Below, one piece after another: positions 29,276 to 38,800 of a stretch of 64,000 bases of DNA (positions within the stretch are counted from its first letter, which is position 1; every line of letters begins with the position of its first letter). The stretch lies in the IMG/VR virus record IMGVR_UViG_3300001485_000138, positions 22,675-86,674 of that record. One strand, written 5' to 3'. The translations under genes and the position numbers were made by a program. This DNA comes from a virus. Lineage: Duplodnaviria > Caudoviricetes. Below the pieces are notes generated by a model. The model searched no databases. It worked only from the letters and a program-made list of their open reading frames with translations, and was not told where the DNA came from.

Positions 29276-29303
29276 CTATGCTGTCATACCATGACAGTCC
29301 TAA
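29276..29303 (+). repeat. family-2 hairpin element, copy C
   Basis: CTATG-CTGTCAT-ACC-ATGACAG-TCCTAA. Confidence 0.75.
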
Positions 29304-29719
29304 ATCATATCCTCCCACTCAACAGGGTCATTCATATACATAGTATCTGCATAGAATCTGTTGAATATAAAGCCCTCATCTGCATCTGGGTCATCTACCA
29401 TATCTTTTACAAACATAGCTAAGTGTTCCTCATCAGGTACTGACCTGCCCAAATAATCTGCCTTACACATGTTAGCTACATACACTGCATCATACAACTT
29501 AGCTCTCTTGACTTTTATTCCATAAGATTTCAACAGGGAGTCTATCTGCTCCTTGGTATAAGGTTTAATATGTTCCTTCTCACCATCATCATCTTCCCTA
29601 TACATCCTATTTACTGCCTCTTCACATAACTTCTTGTTGAAGTGACAACCATAGTTATTGATATATACCTTCATTCCCTCCGGTATCTCATCATAACTTC
29701 CCATATTCCTATGATACAT
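29300..29719 (-). CDS. conserved hypothetical protein
   Basis: YINNYGCHFNKKLCEEAV...YVANMCKADY. ATG 29719 preferred. Confidence 0.75.
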   Translation of the reverse strand: MYHRNMGSYDEIPEGMKVYINNYGCHFNKKLCEEAVNRMYREDDDGEKEHIKPYTKEQIDSLLKSYGIKVKRAKLYDAVYVANMCKADYLGRSVPDEEHLAMFVKDMVDDPDADEGFIFNRFYADTMYMNDPVEWEDMI

Positions 29720-29791
29720 ATTTATCTTTAATTTAAAAGGCTTGCACAACCTTACATCATTAGATACTCAGTCATGCAAGCCAGTTCAACA

Positions 29792-30022
29792 TTAACCCAT
29801 ATGACTATAACGACTTCTCATTGATGAAGTACCCTTCATCCTACGCATGTTACTGCGATAGTCAGGCTCTTCCTCAACATCCTCATAGTCCTCACTCTCT
29901 TCAAGACAATCTCTGAACTCATCAATAAACTCAGACATCTTATCAAGCTTCTTGACCCACTTCTCTTTCTTCTCTGGAGTCATCTTATACATTACTATCA
30001 TACTAATCTCCTTGTTTTTCAT
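29792..30022 (-). CDS. small charged hypothetical protein
   Basis: 76-aa ORF in the operon. Confidence 0.65.
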   Translation of the reverse strand: MKNKEISMIVMYKMTPEKKEKWVKKLDKMSEFIDEFRDCLEESEDYEDVEEEPDYRSNMRRMKGTSSMRSRYSHMG

Positions 30023-30506
30023 TTCTTACTTTAAGCAAAGACAGGGCTTCTGCAAGTTGTGACTGAAGACTTCCTACCTGCTCTTTCAATTCTTTCACTT
30101 CTGCTGCACTGCTTACATCTGGTCTCATCTCTGCCAACACTCCTTTATACTGGGGTATCTGAGCTTCATGATACTTGATATTATCTGCATCTACAGCATC
30201 CTCACTAATCTTTAATAAAGATTTCACATAGTTATACAGATAGTCTTTATTGTCAGAAAGAATCCAGGAACCTTTACCAAAGTCTGCTATAGTGTCTCCA
30301 CCATGCACTCCCTTATATTCTTTCTGAACACCATCTATAATTGCTACTATATCAACATCCATTACAGGAGGTTGTCCAAATGGATTTGAGTTAGTACTAT
30401 TCATGGAAGGGGTTATCCTTTCAATAGAACCTGTAACCCACCTCATCTTACCGTTACTTCTATCTACTACATGCAGAATACTGCCTTTACTTAAATTCAG
30501 AAACAT
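30003..30506 (-). CDS. hypothetical protein with a C-terminal coiled coil
   Basis: 167-aa ORF ending EVKELKEQVGSLQSQLAEAL. Confidence 0.75.
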   Translation of the reverse strand: MFLNLSKGSILHVVDRSNGKMRWVTGSIERITPSMNSTNSNPFGQPPVMDVDIVAIIDGVQKEYKGVHGGDTIADFGKGSWILSDNKDYLYNYVKSLLKISEDAVDADNIKYHEAQIPQYKGVLAEMRPDVSSAAEVKELKEQVGSLQSQLAEALSLLKVRNEKQGD

Positions 30507-30532
30507 AGTTAATTACTTTTGAAAATTATTCA

Positions 30533-30868
30533 CTAAATATTACTTATCAACTGAAGTGTATCTGCCCACCTATCAAAGTATACCAGATATATACCTGTAC
30601 CTGGTAAGTCTGCCACTGTTACATTGGCTCCTCCTGCTATAGTCAAGGTACTGGTAACACCAGCCATTGAGAACTGAACTGGAAGAGTGGTTGTAGTACC
30701 TTCAGGAATAATCTCAGAGATATAGACCAAAATCAATCCTCTGAAGGGCCTCCCATCAAAGTCAGGAGCAAACTTGAAGGTTACAGCTGTATCTGATACT
30801 ACTACAGTCTGGGTCTTAATACAAGGTATGCCATTAATATTTGCATACTGATATGGAAATCTTGCCAT
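30533..30868 (-). CDS. hypothetical beta-rich protein
   Basis: 111-aa ORF. Confidence 0.75.
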   Translation of the reverse strand: MARFPYQYANINGIPCIKTQTVVVSDTAVTFKFAPDFDGRPFRGLILVYISEIIPEGTTTTLPVQFSMAGVTSTLTIAGGANVTVADLPGTGIYLVYFDRWADTLQLISNI

Positions 30869-30897
30869 AATTATTTTGCTATTTAAATTATTTTTAT

Positions 30898-30905
30898 TAA
30901 CTTTG
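30898..30905 (+). promoter_or_regulatory. Bacteroidetes -7 element (TAACTTTG) driving the HNH gene
   Basis: Matches TAnnTTTG about 100 nt upstream of ATG 31004. Confidence 0.6.
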
Positions 30906-31003
30906 TAGCTGGGAATAGGTAGGAGTCATGACCTGCTGATAAGAGATAAGTCAACATCTCTTTCCCATTTTTCAATCGTTGACATCATTAAACAAAGTTG
31001 ACA

Positions 31004-31681
31004 ATGACAAACGAAGAATTTATTAAGAGCATAGCTCTAGAGGGAGAAGAGTGGAGAGATGTAGTCGGATATGAAGGGTACTACATAGTTTCTAATTATG
31101 GTAGAATAGCAGTCTTAGAAAGACTGGTGCATCGAAAACATAGAAATGGTAAGGATGCAAATTTTCTATTAAAACCCCATATATGTAGCACATCTATTGC
31201 CCCAAGTACAAATTATTGTAGAATGACATTTAAAGCTTTCCACAATAAAGATACACAATTAGTACACCGTGTAGTAGCAGAAGCTTTTATACCAAATCCC
31301 AATAATTATACTTGTGTAGACCATATTGATGATAATCCCCAAAATAACAATGCTGACAATCTTCAGTGGTGCAGTTATAAAATAAATAATTCCAAACCTC
31401 ATCATAGAAAAGCTCAGTCTATTGCTAAAACAGGAAGAGTTGATCCTAAAAGAATTCCTCTTGTTACTCTGAAGAATGGAATACCATATAAAGTATATTC
31501 GTCTATGCACGAAGCACATATTACTGATGGTCACCAAAACTCAGCAATTTTAAGAGTGCTAAGAGGGCAACTAAAAACACATCATGGGTTACAATGGATG
31601 TACCTTTCCGATTATGAATCTCTTACAAACAAGTCAAAGAACTCTTTACCTGCTCCTATAACAGCAGATTATCCCCAGTAG
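31004..31681 (+). CDS. NUMOD4-HNH-NUMOD1 homing endonuclease, antisense to the surrounding operon
   Basis: EEWRDVVGYEGYYIVSNYGRI (NUMOD4), VHRVVAEAFIPNP...VDHIDDNPQNNNADNLQWC (HNH), KVYSSMHEA...HHGLQW (NUMOD1). Confidence 0.92.
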   Translation: MTNEEFIKSIALEGEEWRDVVGYEGYYIVSNYGRIAVLERLVHRKHRNGKDANFLLKPHICSTSIAPSTNYCRMTFKAFHNKDTQLVHRVVAEAFIPNPNNYTCVDHIDDNPQNNNADNLQWCSYKINNSKPHHRKAQSIAKTGRVDPKRIPLVTLKNGIPYKVYSSMHEAHITDGHQNSAILRVLRGQLKTHHGLQWMYLSDYESLTNKSKNSLPAPITADYPQ

Positions 31682-32631
31682 CTTTGGCCACCTCCCCAGT
31701 AGTTACCCATCCAAGGAGTCTGACTCACAGCAACCAAATTAGGATATGTTACTGGAACAGTAGAAGGTTGCTTAGCTGCAATAGCATCAATCTTGTCGTC
31801 AAGGGCATGGAATGCCGCATTAAACTGAAGAGTCTGCTTATCGTTGCTGATTTGATTTCTCAACTGGGTAATAACATCACCCTGAGCATTGATTTGGTTC
31901 TGGAGTTCACGCTCTTTTAACTGGCAGAACTGATCAGTTATCATGGCATTCTGAGCCTGAATAGCACCAAGAATACTATTAGTATTATTAGCTGCCTGAG
32001 TCTGCAAAGCATTAGTTTGCTGACATACACTCAGTTGGTCTGCTGCTTCATTCTGTGCCATTTGAAGCTGGGTAGCTGCAAAGTTCCTTGCTGAATCTGC
32101 TTGAAGGGTAGCTGTCTGATTAGCTATAGCAAGCCTGTTTTCACAGCAACACTCACAGAGTTGTCTGCCAAGGGCAGCATCACCATTCTGAATAGCATTG
32201 ATTACCTGCATTCCAGTCATACCTACCTGACTACCAATGTCTGCAAGCTTTGAATTTGCAATAGCAACAGCATTGCGTACATCACTAATACTTGTGTTAG
32301 TAGTATTAGCAAGCTGAGCAATAGCATCAGAATTATAACGAAGAGCATTAAGAATAGTTTCTTTGTCATTGTTGTTATTAAGCTGGTTAGAGAGAAAGCC
32401 TGTACCAAGCAGGTTAGCTCCACCACCATAACCACCAAAGCCTCCGAAACCTCCATACATTCCATTAAGGAAAGGAAGGATGAAAGGATACATAAACATC
32501 ATCCAGAGAGGATTATTCATACCTCCAAAACCACCATTGCCATTAAGGGCAGCAATAGTAGCTACATCAGAAAGGCCACTACGTCCTGTAGCACCATCTG
32601 AAAATACATAAACACCATCATTTTGTGCCAT
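31669..32631 (-). CDS. Gly-rich, membrane-anchored coiled-coil protein with a CECCC motif
   Basis: GNGGFGG...LWMMFMYPFIL hydrophobic segment, LCECCCEN and Gln/Asn/Ala-rich heptads. Confidence 0.8.
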   Translation of the reverse strand: MAQNDGVYVFSDGATGRSGLSDVATIAALNGNGGFGGMNNPLWMMFMYPFILPFLNGMYGGFGGFGGYGGGANLLGTGFLSNQLNNNNDKETILNALRYNSDAIAQLANTTNTSISDVRNAVAIANSKLADIGSQVGMTGMQVINAIQNGDAALGRQLCECCCENRLAIANQTATLQADSARNFAATQLQMAQNEAADQLSVCQQTNALQTQAANNTNSILGAIQAQNAMITDQFCQLKERELQNQINAQGDVITQLRNQISNDKQTLQFNAAFHALDDKIDAIAAKQPSTVPVTYPNLVAVSQTPWMGNYWGGGQSYWG

Positions 32632-32714
32632 AGTTTCTTTTTCTTTTTAATCATTAAACATTGTTCTCTTTGCTGCATCATTGTTGCAGCTACATTATCC
32701 TTGCAAAGACACTG

Positions 32715-32722
32715 CAAAGTTA
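32715..32722 (-). promoter_or_regulatory. Bacteroidetes -7 element (TAACTTTG)
   Basis: About 85 nt upstream of the 32631 start, just downstream of a terminator. Confidence 0.6.
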
Positions 32723-32753
32723 GGCACAATATATCTCAATGTCTAATATTACC

Positions 32754-32799
32754 AAAAACAAAAATAATCCACTAACTATCAATGAGTTAATGGATTATT
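32754..32799 (-). terminator. intrinsic terminator after the 2520-aa gene
   Basis: 15-bp stem AATAATCCATTAACT / AGTTAGTGGATTATT followed by TTTGTTTTT on the - strand. Confidence 0.75.
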
Positions 32800-32835
32800 C
32801 ATTACTTAAAAAGTCTGTGTGTAAAGATTTTCCTT

Positions 32836-35800
32836 CTATGATGTAGCACAATCTATAGCATTTTTTATGGCTTCTCTTGTAGCACTATCACTTAAAAGAC
32901 TTGAATAAGCTTCTGCATCTGTGATACCCATTCTCTTCAAAGCTTCCTTTGCTGCATCACTAAGAGTCCCATAATCAGGCATACTATAACTGCCTGCTCC
33001 TCCTACTTCTGGTGCTGTTGAAGGAACAAACTCTCCCCAGTCCACATCATTATCCATCTCTCCCAAAGAACTTTCAAATGAATATAAGAAAGATTCTCCT
33101 GACGGCTTTTCTACTTCTGCACTACTTGGTTTTACAGGAGTCTCTCCTTCTTTTAAGGATTCCACTGCGGCTTCTGACTCAATAAGTTGTGCAAGTTCTT
33201 TTTCTGCATCAGTAAGTTTATCCCAACTGATATTGATTTTTCTTCTGCCAGGATGGAACAACTGCTCTGGTACTGTTGTATGCATAGCTGGAGTTAATGC
33301 AGTGAAAGGCTCTGATTTTGACTTATACCCCATTACTAACTGACCATCATTATCTGAGTACACAGGGCCTGTCGGATTAGTACCCCTCATTCCATCTCCT
33401 TTAGGTGAAGGATACTCAATACCAAAGGAAACAATCCTAAGATTATCTGGATTTATCTTGATGCCATAGGTTTGCTCAAGCAGGTCTGCATACAAAGACA
33501 ACTGAAGAGACCACTTATCTTTATTCTCCTGCTCTTTTACACTCAAAGGCTTATTGTTAGTTCTGGAAGTCTTCATATCAAAGATATAGAAATTGCCATC
33601 TCTGTCATAGCCAAACAAGTCAAGAGTTCCTGCTACATTTATCTTCCTTTCCTTACCTTCACTATCCGTAATAGTTATATTACCTACAGCCTTAATACCA
33701 TTAGATACTATAGTAATTCCTTTTCCATCAAGATTATTCTTAAATGGAATAAGCTGCTTTTCAACAAACTCTTTAAGGACTTCATTAATAATATTAGGAT
33801 AGCTGTCTTTAAGACTTCCTTCAAAGAAATCTCTGACTATAGTATCAACTGTATTACCTAATGTTGTAGATGGAACACCCCACACTCCATAATCACCATC
33901 CCTGCCTTTAGCATAGCTCTCATCAGCACTACCAATAGTAGTAACTCTCAAATATCTTATCTCTTCACCATTAGGACCTTTCTCTATGTAGTATTTCTCA
34001 TCCTCACTGAGTTCCAACATAGAACTTCTCTTCTTAATGGTGTCTATCAACTCCTTGGCTTTCTTCTGGGCTTCGGTTTCAGGAACATCCTTATTATTAG
34101 GAGAAACTGGAGCTGTAGGATTACCTTCTACAACTATACCTGTCTCTGCTTGAATAGTACCATTACCTCTTCCCTGAACACCTCCTTCAACTATTGGAGT
34201 AGTATCCTGAGGTTTTGGCCTCTGGGCATTATCTGGATTACCTACAGTTCTTGAACTACTTGATACATTACCATTAGCAGCAGAATAAACTGGCTTGCCA
34301 TCACTGGTGAGGGGATTCCTTATATCAAGATATATAGGGTCATAAACCAATGATGTGCCTGCAAAAGTAAGGAATCCATCATCTATAATCCTACTTACCT
34401 CTTCTTCAGCAGATGCTCTCTCTCCCGCATTACTTGAATTAACATTGGAGAAATCAAAGTGAGACAACTGCCAGACAAAAGTATTCCTGACCTCACCAGC
34501 ATCTTTATCATACATGATATTACGGAGCATCTCTTTAGCAACACTTATGTTACTGTCAACATCACCGCCTGCTATAATCTCACCTACCATAATATCATCA
34601 ACATCAGGGTCTTCATTTGCCAACCATACTATATACCTCGAAGGACCATTACCATTATCAAAGGCTTCTTCATCAAAGGTAACTGTCAACTTACTTTCTC
34701 CTGTAAGAAACAGATAGTTGTTAAAGTCATTCTTCCTATAGCGTTTGCCTTTGGCATTAACACCATTAAGTGCTTTTGTCAGTCTTTCTGCTTCTGCATC
34801 TCCGTCATCTATAGTAGTAACTACCTTAGCTGACTTATCTGTTCCATTACCAAAGGCTGGAGGGGCAAACAGAGGTCTGATAATTCCAAAAGCTGCCTTG
34901 GTCCTGCTGTTAAAGTTAACTACATCATCACCACTACCTTCACCACATACTTCACCAAGTGTCTTTGTCTGAGTATCCCTGTCTTTAGTTTCAGCAGGGG
35001 AAAGCCTCATGACAAACATTGGATTACCTTTGGAGTCACCATTAAGATTATAAGGAGCATACTGAGCCTGACCTCTGTCATCATTCCATCCAAAACCTCT
35101 AAGTAAGGATTTCTTTTTTTCCTTATACTCATCACTCTCTAACAGCTCTTTCCTGCTAAGACCTTCCAATCTACTGCGAGTGGTTGCATCAAAGGTATTA
35201 AGTATGCCTTCAATAAAACCATTATTATTCTCTTGGGTATTGCTCCTGTCTGTCTGGGAATCTATATGAGCAGCATGAACATGTCCTTTTATAACTTGGG
35301 ATACTAAAGGATTACCTCCTACCTTTACTACATGTGTACCAATATTCTTATTAGCTGCATCTCTTATACTGTTTGTGTATGCTGCACCTTCCCACATTTT
35401 CCTTTTACCACTTGGTAATAGTCCTATAGGCTGATACCATGCACCTTCTATTTCAATAGCTGTAGTAGTATTTACATTTGAAGGGGTATCTACAAGTACT
35501 GCAACAACTACAGGAAGATTGTCATCAGTACTATAATTTTCCATCTCTTCCTCAGCTGCTCTTGACCACTCATCACTGGTTAAGAAATAGACAGGCTGCC
35601 CTTCTACATTATGCTCTCGGAGATATTCTCTTACACCATGTTGTTCTATGAACCTGGTTATCCAAGAATCAGGATAGTTATTTGCAATATGGTTAATATC
35701 AGTGGTAGCAATAAAAGCTCCCTTCCCATCAGTTACATGAACTGGGGAAGTTCTTTCTGCATATTGTCTTGCACCACTATTTCCCTTTGCTTTAGTATTC

Positions 35801-38800
35801 AATGTCATGGACAACTTTTCAAGTATGTTTGCTGCCTTATGATATACATTATCCTGACTCTCCTGATTATTTGATTCTGCCTCCAAAGCACTTACCTGCT
35901 CAGACAAAGCATCAAGGAAATCCTCAAGTGTATCATAATGTGCATCTTCATTATTAACGAATATATCAATGAAATATTGCCATGCTAAAGCTTTTTCTTC
36001 ACTTTGCTCCTTATCATAATCCAAGCTGTGCTCTGCAAGAGGAAGTATCTGTCTTGCTAAACTTAAAGGCATAGCTTGTGAAAGGAGCTTTTCATTTTCT
36101 GTATTAGGAATATCTTCCTGAGGCATTTGCATCATCTCCACCTGAGCTTCTGTAGCCACAGTACCATTACCATCAACAAAATGTCCTGAATCTGGAGTAC
36201 TGCTAAGGTTAAAAGGAGAAGGTGTAACTGTAGGTGCTGGGGTAGGTTCAGGATTTATAACAGTAGGAGCAGCCTTAGGATTTCCTTCTGCACTTGCAGG
36301 GGCTATAGTACCTTCTACATTGAGATTTCCTTGGTTAACTTCTTCCTCTACCTTACCGTTTATAAGTCCTACATACTGACTTACCACCCTACCTATAGTA
36401 GTAAACACCGGTACAGTCTCTTGCTGAGGAAGTCTCTTGGCATTTACAGATTCTACATACTCTCTGAATTTACCTCCCTGCTCTCCTTGGTCATTCAGCT
36501 CTGATAATGCTTGTACTACTGCCTGCTTATCTGTTACATCTACTCCCTGACTGCTGAGATACTTCATGGCATCAAACAAAAGACTGACATCATTTGGTGT
36601 CAAATCATTAAGTTTATCCATTTGTGCTATAAGGGACATGATGTTCTTCTGATTCTCTACATACCTGTCATAGTTACTCTTCTCTGTAGGCAAAGGTATT
36701 CCTTCTTCTTCATTTCTACGCTGAGTTTCCTTTTTCTCTCTTGCGTCATCTTCTACCAAAGCCTGTTTAATCACTTGTCTCTCAAACTCTGAAGCATTGG
36801 CAAGCAGATTATCCAACTCTTTTGAGTATGTTTGGAAATCATCTATACTTTCAACTCTCTCAGCAAGTCTTCTGGCTTTATCGACAGCTGCATTAAACTT
36901 AATACCTTTCACATAGTTCTGATATGCCTTTGGGTCTGTAAGTATGGCATTATACTGGTTATAGTAATCTCTTATGCCTTTCTCTAACCTACCCATATCT
37001 ACCACCTTATCCAAGAAGCCTGAATCTCTCTGACTTCCTTGTCTTACAAGATTATCTATGACTTCTTGCTGCACACTGGAATATACAGGCTTAGCATTCA
37101 GACTGCCTTGTACTGCATCAAGCTGTCTCAATTTAGCATCTCTCTGCTTGTTTAGTTCTGAGAGATTCTTCCTTGCTGTTTCTACTTGCTTATTATGACG
37201 TTTCTTTGCCTTACCACTGTCATCTGTCCAGTTATCTATTTGACTTTCTGTATCTGCTATCTTACGCTCTATATCATTTAATTCCAAGTTTAAATCTTCA
37301 ATCTTCTGCCTATCTTGATGTAAGACATTATATTGTCTTTGTGCTCCTTGTGCAAGAACCATAGCTCTGGTTACAGGGTCAAGATGCATGATGTCCTGCT
37401 CATTAAGTACAAGCTGGGCAACACTGCTATCTACATTTCCTTTCTTATCAGTAAGAGCATCAAACTCCTTAAGCTTTGCCTGCGCTTTCTTTACTTCTTC
37501 TTTTTTCTGTTTGAGTTCACCATTCTGTTTATCACTGCGCTTATCCTTAGCAATAGTCTCCAGTGCTTTTACTTTATCCTCTGCTTCTCTCTTAGTCTCC
37601 TCCAGCCTCTCTCTTTCTTTTAAAGCCTTGTTAAGACTTCCATACTTAAGTATAAGCCTCTCAAGGTTTTCTGATAATCCACTACTTTGACTTCCTCTTG
37701 AATTCTGAATACTTCCTGAAAGCCTGTCTATCTCTTCTTTGAGTTGGTCTCTTCTGCTTACAAAATCATCATGCATCAACTTGCCATAGATAAGACTCTG
37801 CTTAGTATCTTCATCTACCCTGCCTAAGGTATTATCTACTTTCCTACCTTCTGCCTCTACCTCAGACATAAGACCTAACATCCTGTTAGCATTCTTCTGA
37901 AGCCTCTCCACTATCTGCTGGTCACTCATATTAGCCATCTCATCAGTGGACTTACGCATAGTATCAATAAGTCTCTTGGTAGTTTCTGCATTCATATCCA
38001 TCTCAGATACAGCCTGAAGTTCTCCTATAATACTGTCATAGAAGTCAGTACCTTTCAGCTTATCAAGCATGAACACATCATTGATAAACCTTCCCATCTG
38101 AGACTTTCTGAAACTGAACTGATCATTACCCTCTGCTGCACTAAACATCTTATTAAGCCAGTTAGCCGTACCTACTGCACCATCCCATTTGGCTTTGTTC
38201 TGAGGGTCTTTCATCCATTCAGTAAGATAAGAAGACATTGCATTGGCTGCTTCTGTCTCATCCTGCATGTCATTCCAAGCATTGACAGCACCACTTCTCC
38301 AAGGAGTAAGACGTTTGGTTACATCCCACCAACTTTCTTTCTCACCTCTTTCATTAAGTCCTCTGCCCCACTTATTCTGTCTGAGCTTACCATCTTCACC
38401 TCTGCTATAACCTCTTCTTACTCCTGCCACTGTACCAAGAGTAGAACTTACTGCACCTAAGATACCTGACTGAAGAGATTGTCTGTTAAAACTTCCACCA
38501 GCAGCAGTAAAGAAAGCAGATAAGTCAGAAGCAAACTGGTCTCCTACAGCAGCATCACCATCACCTTCAAACTTATTCTTGATAAACTCTGATATGTTAT
38601 TCTCTGCGGCACCTTGAGCAGCATTACTACTTACATCCTGCCAAAATTCTTCTCCACCTTGACCTAAAGGCTCTCTAAGTACATTCCATACTCTTTGAGC
38701 CTTAGATATAGTTGGAGTGACAGTACCATCTGCACTGACTTTATATTTAGGACCGCCATATAATATCTTACCAATCCATGATTTCTCTCCTATCACCTTG

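Noticed and set aside
30868-31681. Group I intron or hammerhead ribozyme around the HNH gene
   Set aside because: No CDS is interrupted, I could not identify a P7 core, and CUGAUAA lacks the CUGANGA/GAAA hammerhead core.
38732-38740. GCACTGACT as a - strand copy of the family-1 element
   Set aside because: There is no adjacent stem or CCRAA loop; it is ordinary coding sequence.
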